Below, piece after piece: positions 37,806-47,587 of a stretch of DNA of 64,000 bases. Origin of the DNA: Spirochaetia bacterium (GTDB lineage Bacteria; Spirochaetota; Spirochaetia; DSM-16054; Sediminispirochaetaceae). The translations under genes and the position numbers were made by a program. Location of the stretch: contig JAXHMY010000001.1 of assembly GCA_034520965.1 (NCBI GenBank), positions 832,001 to 896,000 of the forward strand, written 5' to 3'. Numbering within the stretch: position 1 is the stretch's first letter; the number at the start of each line of letters is the position of its first letter. The notes beneath the pieces are model-generated. The model had not been told where the DNA came from, ran no database searches, and saw only the letters and a list, made by a program, of their open reading frames with translations.

Positions 37806-38491
37806 AACAGGAGCTCCTGAAATCCTTTTCCGGCCACATACTCGGTGGTGTCGTAGCCGAATATCTCAGCAAACAGCGGGCCGGCCTGCTGTTTTACCGC
37901 CTCCACCGCTACCTCGCGGGCCAGTTCCTTTGAAATGGAGGTAACCTCCCGGCCGCCTCCCTGGATTCCACACGGGATTATGAGGGAGAAGTATTCCAGG
38001 TCGGTGCTTACATTGAGGGCAAAGCCGTGCATGCTTACCCCCTTATGGATGGAAATGCCGATAGCGGCGATTTTTCGATTTTCCACCCAGACGCCGATGT
38101 AATCGTCCTCGGTGTGGCAGTGGATATTGTAGTGTCGGCCCAAGAGCTGTATGAGGAAGGTTTCGATGTTATGCACAAAGCGCTTTATTTTACGCTGATG
38201 GTGCCGCAGGTTGATGATTGGATAGCCGACCAGCTGCCCTGGCCCGTGGTAGGTGGCCTGGCCGCCCCGGTCGACCCAGGCGGTTTGAACCCCCCGGCTG
38301 CTCAGCACCGCCTCGGAGAAGAGCATGTCCGAGTCCGCGGCCCGTTTTCCCAGGGTCACTACGTGGGGGTGCTCCAATAGCAGAAGTGTATCGGGAATTT
38401 CCTCGCGGCTGCATTTTTCAATAAGTGAGTATTGTAATGTAAGGGCCTCTTGGTAGTCGATTAGGCCGAGGTCAACAATCCGAAGCAGCAT
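37802..38491 (-). CDS. lipB: Octanoyltransferase
   Basis: LEHPHVVTLG, RGGQATYHGPGQLVGY, KIAAIG, HGFALN, PCG. Confidence 0.95.
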   Translation of the reverse strand: MLLRIVDLGLIDYQEALTLQYSLIEKCSREEIPDTLLLLEHPHVVTLGKRAADSDMLFSEAVLSSRGVQTAWVDRGGQATYHGPGQLVGYPIINLRHHQRKIKRFVHNIETFLIQLLGRHYNIHCHTEDDYIGVWVENRKIAAIGISIHKGVSMHGFALNVSTDLEYFSLIIPCGIQGGGREVTSISKELAREVAVEAVKQQAGPLFAEIFGYDTTEYVAGKGFQELLL

Positions 38492-38498
38492 AGTATCA

Positions 38499-38696
38499 CT
38501 ATACTCTGATGCAGGCCACATGGTCAATTTCAGTATTCACAACTACATTCACTTCCTTCTTGATCTTTGGTGGATTTTCTACAAGAAGATCCAGGTCTTG
38601 CGTCGAGACGATTGGTATCTGTGGATTGTGATCATAATGCTCTGCATAAACCCGTAAGATCGATTCGAAGAGTTTTACATTTTTATCTTGTGACAC
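38499..38696 (-). pseudogene. Probable truncated nucleotidyltransferase-like gene
   Basis: 65 aa, TQDLDLLV motif, low GC, coupled to upstream ORF. Confidence 0.35.
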
Positions 38697-39000
38697 GTAA
38701 CAGTTTCCTTAACTCTCTGAGACTGTTTTCGACTTGCTTTTTTCTCTGCACATATTTCCGACGTTCTGCGATATCTTTTTTGTATTCTTCTACTTTCTCA
38801 GAACTCTCTTTCCCTATATAAATATCTTTTACACGATTGTCCGCTTTATCACGATACGAAAGGTAATAATAGCCTTGACTCCCCCTCATCCGCAATTGTA
38901 GAGACCCTTGAGGATATGAGCGAATCTTATCTTCATATTCTTTAAGGAGTGCTTCGAGTCGATTGTACTCTTCCTGTATTACATCAACTATCACACTCAT
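38683..39000 (-). CDS. Small hypothetical protein (GSL...YYYLSYR...YIG family)
   Basis: 105 aa ORF with RBS. Confidence 0.65.
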   Translation of the reverse strand: MSVIVDVIQEEYNRLEALLKEYEDKIRSYPQGSLQLRMRGSQGYYYLSYRDKADNRVKDIYIGKESSEKVEEYKKDIAERRKYVQRKKQVENSLRELRKLLRVTR

Positions 39001-39103
39001 TTGATACCTTCTTTTCTTGCCCTACAACTACTAATATATTTTACTATTGTTGGGCAAACATATCAAGCTAAACGCTATAATGGCAGCATCTGTTGACTGC
39101 TCG

Positions 39104-39850
39104 TCAAATGCGGCCCTTTAGGTAGTCCTGCCGCAGCTCCTCGGAAAATTTCTCGATGGCGTAGCGCAGCATTGTGCGGGGCATGGTGTTATATCGTGGC
39201 CGCAGAAATCCTTCCTCAGCCGCACGATCACGGTTGCCCACCTCACGCAGCATCCAGCCGACGGCCTTGTGGATAAGGTCGTGGGGGTGGTCCAGCAGCA
39301 GATCGGCGATGTTGAAGGTATCCTCGAACTCTCCGGCCCGGATAAAGGCAAAGGTGGTTATAATTGCAATGCGCTGGTGCCAGAGGTTTTCCGACCGGGC
39401 CAGTTTATAGAGGAGCATGCGCTGCTCCGGCTCGGCCAGCATCCAGGGCCCCAGGATGTAGTGAGCGCTGGTATCGACCAGATCCCAGTTGTTTACGTAG
39501 TCCATGTGCTCGATATACAGCCGGCGGAACTCCCGGCGCCGGTCGTCGCTGCAGCTCTTTAGCTTAGAGGCCTCCACCATAATCAGCAGTGCCGTCGAGC
39601 GCTGCTCGTGGATTTCGGAGCGCAGAAGCTGAGCCAGATCGTCGACCGAAATATCCCGGTACTTTTTTGCTATGCGCCGCTGCGCCGGCAGGGAGACTCC
39701 GATAAACGTATCCCCCTCACCGTACTCCCCCGGCCCAGTCTTAAAAAACCCCTGATGATGCCGAGCCTTCTCCGGATTTGCCTCGCGCTCCAGCGCAGCA
39801 CAAATGGCCGCGGCGCAGATAGTGTAACTAATAACACTATTTTGATACAT
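39104..39850 (-). CDS. DNA alkylation repair protein (AlkD-like)
   Basis: FFKTGPGEYGEGD, NNWDLVD, KAVGWMLRE, PRTMLRYAIE. Confidence 0.9.
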   Translation of the reverse strand: MYQNSVISYTICAAAICAALEREANPEKARHHQGFFKTGPGEYGEGDTFIGVSLPAQRRIAKKYRDISVDDLAQLLRSEIHEQRSTALLIMVEASKLKSCSDDRRREFRRLYIEHMDYVNNWDLVDTSAHYILGPWMLAEPEQRMLLYKLARSENLWHQRIAIITTFAFIRAGEFEDTFNIADLLLDHPHDLIHKAVGWMLREVGNRDRAAEEGFLRPRYNTMPRTMLRYAIEKFSEELRQDYLKGRI

Positions 39851-39852
39851 AG

Positions 39853-40287
39853 CTATCGCAAAGCCTTAATTACAAAATCTTCTGGACTACGCTGTATTGT
39901 GATTGATAAGATATAGTAATCGAGTCCGTCTTTTTTCATCCCCATCGTGAAAGACATGGTATCAGACCCATTGTCAATAGTGCCATTCACAGAATCTCCG
40001 CTAATATTGTAATCGATAATGTGTGTGCCATAATAGTCCAGTGGCCCCCAATCATAGCCTGAAGTCTTCATGTCAGACCTCTCATCTGTATCACTATGAA
40101 AATGTTCGTAAAGTTTACTATATTTGCCGGAAGACAAATCGTCATTAAAAGAATCAACTCTATCACTTATTGAAGTTCCAAACCAATTTACAAACATATC
40201 ACATGAACCGATTGAAATAGTTATTAAAACAAGAAACAAGAAATAGACCAGCCTTTCATTCACGAAAGTTTTTTTTTCTGAACTCAT
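39853..40287 (-). CDS. Putative lipoprotein
   Basis: Hydrophobic N-terminus with IGSC lipobox. Confidence 0.65.
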   Translation of the reverse strand: MSSEKKTFVNERLVYFLFLVLITISIGSCDMFVNWFGTSISDRVDSFNDDLSSGKYSKLYEHFHSDTDERSDMKTSGYDWGPLDYYGTHIIDYNISGDSVNGTIDNGSDTMSFTMGMKKDGLDYYILSITIQRSPEDFVIKALR

Positions 40288-40302
40288 TTTGAGCCTCCTA
40301 AA

Positions 40303-41337
40303 CTACATCATATCCGCATCGATTAAATGCGGAATAATAATTTTTTCAAAATTATTTAAAATGCGCTTGTGTATTGCTAAAAAACCTCTTAATTCTTTAC
40401 TCTCTGCCTGATCAATATATGCAGTATTTAAAGAAAGATACATTCTACCCAGAACAAAACGCCGTATAGAAAAAGCCGATTTTGCATAGTAACGAAGGGT
40501 AATGTAAGCATTATGATACTTAAGCTCCAATGGATAAACTATCTCATTATAATATTTTTTCCTGTCATCATTTTCTAGCTTCAATAGTTTTTCTCTTTCA
40601 TCTTCGAGTTCGCTTTTCAAAGTTTCAGTCAAAGGTGCCAGCTTATTTATCTGCTTCACAAAGCCGTTGAAGCGGCGTTCCAGGCCGCGGGCGGAGGCGA
40701 CGGGGTCGTCGATGAAGGCGTCGCGGCGCTCCTGGCGCCAGGTGCTGTAGTCGATTTGGCCGCGCTTTACATCGAACTTTTCGCCGGGCTGTTCGCCGGG
40801 GCGCACTTCTACGCCCTCCTCCGGGCCCAGGGAGACGGTTTTGCCCTCGGCCTCTACATCGACCAGGCCGGATTGTACTACGAACAGGGAGGAGCCGTCC
40901 TCGCCGGCGGCCACGGTAAGCTCGGTGCCGCGGACGCCCGCTGCGGCGCTGGGGGTGGTGATGCGCGGCTCACGGTCGCCGGCAATCCTGTCGAAGCGGT
41001 AGGAGATGCTGCCCAGGGTGCAGCGCAAGACGCTGCGCTCCCTGCCGGAGGAGATCTCCGAGTCGATGGTAAAGATGGTATCCGACTCGACGGTGATGGT
41101 GCCGGAATTGCTCTGCTCCAGCTCGGCAAAACCATCCAGGCCCGTGATAACTGAGTCGCCGCCGCGGAGGTCGTCGCCGATGTAGGCGGGAATTCTATCG
41201 CCCCCCCGGCGGTCGATGTCCACCCGGCCCTCGCGGTAGACCAATTGGGCATCCATGGCAAGGATGGCCCCACTCTGTAACATAAGCATCAAAACAAGGG
41301 CAATGCTGACTCTGAGAATATGTGCTGATGGTTTCAT
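40303..41337 (-). CDS. FecR-domain exported protein
   Basis: Signal peptide, TPSAAAGVRGT, VQSGLVDV. Confidence 0.8.
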   Translation of the reverse strand: MKPSAHILRVSIALVLMLMLQSGAILAMDAQLVYREGRVDIDRRGGDRIPAYIGDDLRGGDSVITGLDGFAELEQSNSGTITVESDTIFTIDSEISSGRERSVLRCTLGSISYRFDRIAGDREPRITTPSAAAGVRGTELTVAAGEDGSSLFVVQSGLVDVEAEGKTVSLGPEEGVEVRPGEQPGEKFDVKRGQIDYSTWRQERRDAFIDDPVASARGLERRFNGFVKQINKLAPLTETLKSELEDEREKLLKLENDDRKKYYNEIVYPLELKYHNAYITLRYYAKSAFSIRRFVLGRMYLSLNTAYIDQAESKELRGFLAIHKRILNNFEKIIIPHLIDADMM

Positions 41338-41795
41338 TGCAGGGGTCCTTTCACGCCGACCACTATCGGGTAGCCCAGTTTTTTTCCAGATAATAATAAG
41401 AGGAAACGTCCGTAGTTCGTAGAAATTTCGGCAAAAGCCGGATTATCCGGCAGGGAGTGCTCGAAGAAGACCCGGACCTGGGCGGTGTCGGCAAAGCGGG
41501 TGTACTGTGCCGGGCCGGCGGGGACGAGGGTGAGGAGCCGGGCGTCGGAGAGGAAGCCGGAGGCGGAGAGGTTTTCCCACATGAGCTGGGCGTCGCGCTC
41601 GGTGGTGAGGATTTCGCCGTCGAAAAGAAAGGGGACGTGAGTGAGGTTGGCGGCCTTTTGGGGGTCGCGTTGGTGCAGTTCGTACAGCAGGTTTTGGACG
41701 CTGCTCTCGCGCTGCGAGACCGGCATGCCGGCGCATCCGGCGAACAGGAGCAGCAGGGCTGCGAACATGGCGGTTCGGGTGAATAGCTTTCGCAT
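41334..41795 (-). CDS. Putative lipoprotein
   Basis: FAGC lipobox. Confidence 0.7.
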   Translation of the reverse strand: MRKLFTRTAMFAALLLLFAGCAGMPVSQRESSVQNLLYELHQRDPQKAANLTHVPFLFDGEILTTERDAQLMWENLSASGFLSDARLLTLVPAGPAQYTRFADTAQVRVFFEHSLPDNPAFAEISTNYGRFLLLLSGKKLGYPIVVGVKGPLQ

Positions 41796-41933
41796 AGTGC
41801 CTCCGGCTTGTGTGTTTTATAGATAGTATAATATCGCAGCTTGCCGTAAAAAGCAAAGACATCTGTAAAAGGGAAGGTGCTTTTCCGAAACGGGGCCAAA
41901 GGGCACCGGAAGGGCGCTGCGTCAACTGACCGG

Positions 41934-44066
41934 TCACTGCTGAAGTGAGTTTTCCCTGCCCGCAACTTCAAAGATAGAGACTTCCTCAGCCTTGCCCTTT
42001 ACCCATTCCTTTCCGACATAGCGAATTTCGTACTGCTCAGGTTTGGAAAGGCAGCCGTGGGTAGCCTCGCTTATGGCAATTCCGATGTTAAGCTTCTTGG
42101 TAAGCGCTTCTACACGGCTGGCCAGGTTCACCGCATCGGAGATAACCGTGCCGTCCATACGCTGGTTCTCGCCCACGGTTCCCAGCATAAGCTCGCCGGT
42201 ATGTAGGCCGACTCCAAAGTTGATCGGCTGGTAACCCACTTTGCTGCGGTCCTGGTTGTACTGTACCAGTTCCTCTCGCAGGTGGATGGCCGCTTCAACT
42301 GCGTCTTCAGCCCGATCGGGAAACAAAGCCATGATGCCGTCGCCCATATATTTGTCCACAAAGCCTCTATGCGCGCGGATGATCGGCCCCATGCGGCTTA
42401 GAAAGGAGTTGATAAAACGAAAGTTTTCTTCCGGGGTGAGCTTTTCCGAGAGGCTGGTAAAATCGCGAATATCCGCAAACAGAACGGTCATCCGGTGGTT
42501 GGCGTGATCGCCCAGTTTTATCTCCATCACATTTTCTTTCTTTAGGAAGCGCAGAAACTCCCGCGGAACAAAACGTTCCATCGATTCGTTTAACTGCAGC
42601 AGGTGAGCGGACATCTGCTCGGATTTTTGAAAGGCTTTGGCAAACTTTTGTGTCATTACCATCGACTGAAACAGGATAAAAATCAGAAGTCCGAAGGGTA
42701 CCAAAAATATTGAGGGAAGCACTAACATTGTTTTAGCTATATCATGGATCACAGTGATAAAGAGCAGAGAGAACCCGATGATAAACAACCAGGCTCCGGG
42801 CCCATGATGCCGAGCAGCCTGGAATAGGATGTAAAATACATACAGGGCTACCGCCACGGTAAACAGCTGAAACAGAGACAGCCACCGCATGTAGAAAGTA
42901 CTGGGGAAAACTACTATCAGCAGCGTGTAAATCAGAGCTACCACCTCGATGAGCCGCTGGGCGTAGGGGTGCACGTGTTCCTTAAACAAACAGTGAATAA
43001 AGCGGAAAAAGAATATCACCCCAAAAGTAAAGGTAATGTATCCGATGCGTGCCAACAAAGGCCAGGGGAGGTCGGGTATAAATTTTAGAATAGCCAACTC
43101 TTCATACACGACAATCCGTGTGGCCAGCACGAAGGTAAACAGGGCAAAGTAGAGGGGCGACCGGTCACTGCGGCGGAAATAGTACAAACCCAGATGGTAG
43201 ATGCCCATGATAATCAGCGCTCCGAACAGAAACATGTCGTACATGAGGCGGTTTTGGCGCAAATCTCTTACCTGATCCGCCGTACCAAGATAGATTGATT
43301 CGTTAATTCCGCTGGAGCGGTCGCGATAACTTGATACCTGTATCAGAAGCTGTATGTCCCGTGTTTCAGGCTGAAAGCTTACTACTTCCGGCCGCCATTC
43401 GGGCCGGGCGATTTCGCGACTTTCTCCGACTGTGCCGGAACTGTAGATTAAGCGGCCATTGATATACAGCCGGGCGGCGGTGCCGATAAAACCGATTTTA
43501 AGCCCTATTTCCTCGGGATGTTTGGCGGGCAGACGGATGTTCAGCCGGTAGGTGCCGTAACCGTAGCCGCTTTTTGGGGCTGCAGGCACAATCGAAGGAC
43601 TTCACCTGCCGGGAACGGGAATAAGCTGGGCCGGTTGTTGGGCGGGCCGTATTTCTTGGGCGGGGCCCTGGGGTCGGGCCGGGGCCGGTTGATCTGCGTC
43701 GGACAGGGCCGGTTCGTTTGAGCCGGCCGGGGACGCTTGATCTGAGCCGGCCGGGCTCGGGGGCTCCAGAAATTCCCGCCACACAAACCGCCACATGCCG
43801 TCGAGCTTTAGAGGGCCCTGCTGCTCGAAGGAGTAATCCGAGAGATCGAGCCGACCGCCCTCTACCAGGGGCTCTGCTACCCGGCCCCCTTCTACCTGGG
43901 GCTCTTCGGCGTTTAAAGGGGGAAGGGTGCCGAGGACAAGCGCACACAAAATACTTATCACGGCAGCACATATAAATAGCGAAGTCCGAGGCTTGTGCCC
44001 AAGGCTCCTGCCCGGCACTGCTGCTAAACGAAATCGGCTTGTGTACCTTGCATTTGAGTTTCTCAC
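41934..44066 (-). CDS. 7TM-DISM adenylate/guanylate cyclase, frameshifted in 43590-43760
   Basis: LDGMWRFVW, 7 TM segments, LFADIRDFT, DKYMGDG, SDAVNLASRVE. Confidence 0.85.
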
Positions 44067-44238
44067 AACAGGGCTTAGTATAACGAGAAAATATTTTTTT
44101 GTCTCAATAAATTGATTTCAGAAAAATCGTGGGTGCGAATTGTAGATTCATCACTTCATTGACCTCGAGCCGCATCAAAGCTATGCTATAATTTATCAGT
44201 TGTTCGGGCTTTAATATCGCTGCAAGAAGGAGTCTTCC

Positions 44239-45234
44239 GTGAAAAAGAAAATAGTTGTTTTTGCCACCAGCTTTCAAGATGAGCTGCTGACCCACCCCGA
44301 GGGGGAAGGCGAGCCGGCGCGGCAGCTGCGGCAGGCTGCCGAAGGCAACTCTTTAGAGTTGGATTTTAGGTGCGACCGTAACCCGGGAACTCCGCCTTCT
44401 GCCGAAGAGCTTAAGGCTGTGGTGGCCCTGATAGCCGACCTCGAAAAGTGGGACCGAAGATTGCTTGAACAGGTGGGCCAAGCAAAGGGCGGCGATTTGG
44501 GTCTGCTGGCCCGATACGGCATCGGGTACAACAGCATTGATATAACTGCCGCCCGCGAAGCGGGGGTTCATGTTACCAACACTCCGGGGGCCAGCTCCCA
44601 GCCTACCGCCGAGTGGGCCGTCTCCACCCTGCTGGATGTAGCCGGTCGCCGAATTCCCCACCACTCGCGAGCCGGTGGCGGACTTACTAAAAGCGGTCCC
44701 TCCCGTCTGGATATAAGCGGAAAAACCCTGGGAATAATCGGAACGGGAAATATCGGCAGACAGGTGGCCGCAATGCTGAGCGGTTTCGGACTCAAGCTGC
44801 TCGCAGCCGACCTGTACCCAAACCATGAATGGGCAAGGGCTCACGGGGTAGAGTACACAGATATAGGAAGCCTGTGCGAACAGGCCGACTTTATTACCCT
44901 CCACGCCTCCGGCGGCAGCCGGCTGATAGAAGCGGCTGAGATTGCCCGCATGCATCCGACCACCGTACTAGTAAACTGTGCCCGGGGAGTACTGGTAGAC
45001 AACCGGGCCGTGTATGAGGCAGTTCGCGACGGACGGATATACGGATACGGTATTGATGAGGTGTGGGAGCATTGGGATATGCCCCTTACCTCCGACCTTA
45101 ATATTACCGCCAGCCCGCATGTGGGCTCGGATACCGATTTAGGAAAACTGCGGATGCAGCAGCTTTCAGCCCAAGCTGTTATCGACTATATCGACGGAAG
45201 AGAACCTCAGTACATCGTCAACAAGGAGAGCTGA
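44239..45234 (+). CDS. D-isomer-specific 2-hydroxyacid dehydrogenase (SerA-like)
   Basis: GIIGTGNIG, NCARG, SPHVG. Confidence 0.88.
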   Translation: MKKKIVVFATSFQDELLTHPEGEGEPARQLRQAAEGNSLELDFRCDRNPGTPPSAEELKAVVALIADLEKWDRRLLEQVGQAKGGDLGLLARYGIGYNSIDITAAREAGVHVTNTPGASSQPTAEWAVSTLLDVAGRRIPHHSRAGGGLTKSGPSRLDISGKTLGIIGTGNIGRQVAAMLSGFGLKLLAADLYPNHEWARAHGVEYTDIGSLCEQADFITLHASGGSRLIEAAEIARMHPTTVLVNCARGVLVDNRAVYEAVRDGRIYGYGIDEVWEHWDMPLTSDLNITASPHVGSDTDLGKLRMQQLSAQAVIDYIDGREPQYIVNKES

Positions 45235-45333
45235 CACATGAGGCGTAGATACGCATTGTCTTTTTGGTTCTAAAGTTGTATTTTTTACCTGTACTTTCTA
45301 CCTGAACTTTGGGGGAAAATATGGGGGGAAAAT

Positions 45334-46074
45334 ATGAATAAAGAAATTGAAACGATTGTAAGCGATCTTAAAGAGAACTTTGTGCCGGTGCTGCAGGAGC
45401 TGTTTGCCGACGACCTGCAGGGGGTAATTATGTATGGTTCGGCCGCCAAAGGAACCTATGTGGCCGGGGTCTCGGATGTAAACCTGCTGCTGCTGACCGG
45501 CGAGACGCATCCCGAAGCAATTATGAAGCTGGGAAACCGGGCTAAAAAAACCATTCACAAACACCGGCTTTCTGTGCAGTTTCTCACTACCAGTGAGTTT
45601 GAAAACTCGGCCGACGTATTTCCGATGGAATACCTGGATATACAAAACTCGCATATCCTTGTGTGGGGTTCCGCGGACCTGGACTCACTCAAAATAGAAT
45701 CAACCTACCTGCGCCATCAGGTAGAAGAACGTCTGCGGGGCAGCGTGCACGCACTTCGGCAGGCACTCTTCGCATCCCAGGGAAAAGCCAAGCTGCTCTC
45801 GGGGGTTCTAAAAGAGTGGTTCGGCTCGCAAACGGCGCTCTTACGGGCGGTATTACGCCTGGCGGAGGTGTCGAGTATTCCGGAGAACTCCCGGGAACTG
45901 GTCGATGCAATTGGTTCGACCTTCGAACTGGACTCGTCTGCTCTTTATCCGCTTGTGCAGCTGCGGGAGGGCGACAAGAGCGGTGACGCGGCCCAAATTG
46001 CAGTGCAGACTCTGCAGTTTCTTACCCAGTTGGTACGAAAGGTCGATGCGATGGAGACAGGGAGCAGCTCGTAA
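45334..46074 (+). CDS. Nucleotidyltransferase-domain protein
   Basis: YGSAA...SDVNLL, DVFPMEY. Confidence 0.8.
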   Translation: MNKEIETIVSDLKENFVPVLQELFADDLQGVIMYGSAAKGTYVAGVSDVNLLLLTGETHPEAIMKLGNRAKKTIHKHRLSVQFLTTSEFENSADVFPMEYLDIQNSHILVWGSADLDSLKIESTYLRHQVEERLRGSVHALRQALFASQGKAKLLSGVLKEWFGSQTALLRAVLRLAEVSSIPENSRELVDAIGSTFELDSSALYPLVQLREGDKSGDAAQIAVQTLQFLTQLVRKVDAMETGSSS

Positions 46075-46880
46075 TGAAAGGGTTTCATAGACAAATTACA
46101 TTCTTAAGCGTGGCGGGAGTCTTGCTGCTGCTCAGCGCACTCCCAGTCCTCTCTGCACAGTCAATTCCCGATTACCGTGGCTTTGTAAACGACTTTGCAG
46201 GGGTGATAGATTCGGACTCCGCCGGTAAAATTGAAGCGGTGGCCCGGAAGGTCCAGGAAACCACCGGCGCGGAGATTGCGGTGGTAACTATCGATACGGT
46301 TGAACCCTATGCCGATGTAGACCAATACTCAATTGAACTGGCAGAGCAGTGGCAAGTTGGCCAGGAAGGCGAGGATAACGGGATTATTTTTCTAATGACC
46401 CTGGAAGAGCGGCAGGTTCGTATGGAAGTGGGCTACGGTCTGGAGGGAGCAATTCCCGACGGGCGGGCCGGCGAGATACTCGATGAGGCGGTACTGCCCT
46501 ATTTGAGCCAAGGAGAGTACGGAAAGGGATTTCTGGCAGGCACGGTTGAGGCGGCCCGGGAGATTGCCGATGAGTACAACGTGGAACTGGGAAGCCTGGA
46601 TGCCCCGCCGATGGCGTCGCAGTCCGGCGGTTCCGCAGGCAGCGACGGCAGCAGCGGCAGCGGAACTCCCGGCAGACTCATATTCTTAGTATTGATCCTC
46701 TTCCTCGGCGGAGGACGGATGTTCCTGCCCATGCTTTTACTAGGCGGGATTACCGGTGGACGCCACTATCGCGGGGGCTTCGGCTCTTCTGGATTCGGCG
46801 GCGGCAGCTTTGGAGGAGGCGGCTTCGGCGGCTTCGGCGGCGGCGGCTTTGGCGGCGGCGGTGCCAGCCGCGGCTTTTAA
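46074..46880 (+). CDS. TPM-domain (YgcG-like) protein
   Basis: VNDFAGVI, EVGYGLEG, Gly-rich C-terminus. Confidence 0.9.
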   Translation: MKGFHRQITFLSVAGVLLLLSALPVLSAQSIPDYRGFVNDFAGVIDSDSAGKIEAVARKVQETTGAEIAVVTIDTVEPYADVDQYSIELAEQWQVGQEGEDNGIIFLMTLEERQVRMEVGYGLEGAIPDGRAGEILDEAVLPYLSQGEYGKGFLAGTVEAAREIADEYNVELGSLDAPPMASQSGGSAGSDGSSGSGTPGRLIFLVLILFLGGGRMFLPMLLLGGITGGRHYRGGFGSSGFGGGSFGGGGFGGFGGGGFGGGGASRGF

Positions 46881-46992
46881 GAGCTTGGCGCCTTCATAAA
46901 ACAAGACGTTTTGCAATCGTCAGTTTTGAAGGCGCCTGTAAAGAGTGCATTTTTAAATAACAAATTTTCGGAACATCAATTCGGAGGAATGA

Positions 46993-47577
46993 ATGAGCGG
47001 TAAAAGCAGAGCGGGCTTTATAATTAGCCTCGCAATAGTGGTAATAATAGTAATCAGCCTGTTTTCCTGGTTTGTGGGTACCCGTAACCAAATGGTGACC
47101 CTGGAAGAGAGAATTGACGCCTCCTGGGCCGAGGTAGATAACCAGCTGCAGCGGCGCAGCGACCTGATACCGAACCTGGTAGAGACGGTAAAGGGTTTTG
47201 CCTCGCAGGAAAGTGAGGTGTTTACCAACATCGCCGACGCGCGGGCCAAGCTGGCGGGTGCCAAAGGGGTGGAAGAGACAGCCGAGGGCTATAACGAGAT
47301 GCAGGGGGCCCTCAGCCGGCTGCTGGTGGTGGTTGAGAACTACCCCGAGCTTAAGTCGAACGAGAACTTTATACGACTGCAGGATGAGCTGGCGGGCACC
47401 GAGAACCGGATTGCCGTGGCCCGTAAACGCTACAATGAGGCGGTGGAGCAGTTTAACCGGCGCATCCGGATGTTTCCCGGCTCGATTATCGCTAATATGT
47501 TGGGAATGGAAAAACAGCCCTACTTTGAGATTGAAGAGAGTGCCCGGGATGTTCCAGAGGTGGATTTTGGCTCATAA
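46993..47577 (+). CDS. lemA: LemA family protein
   Basis: QRRSDLIPNLV, ENYPELKS, ENRIAVAR, FP. Confidence 0.95.
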   Translation: MSGKSRAGFIISLAIVVIIVISLFSWFVGTRNQMVTLEERIDASWAEVDNQLQRRSDLIPNLVETVKGFASQESEVFTNIADARAKLAGAKGVEETAEGYNEMQGALSRLLVVVENYPELKSNENFIRLQDELAGTENRIAVARKRYNEAVEQFNRRIRMFPGSIIANMLGMEKQPYFEIEESARDVPEVDFGS

Positions 47578-47587
47578 GCCCATACTA

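Noticed and set aside
46770..46870. GGC-rich repeat
   Set aside because: Encodes the normal Gly-rich tail of TPM-domain proteins.
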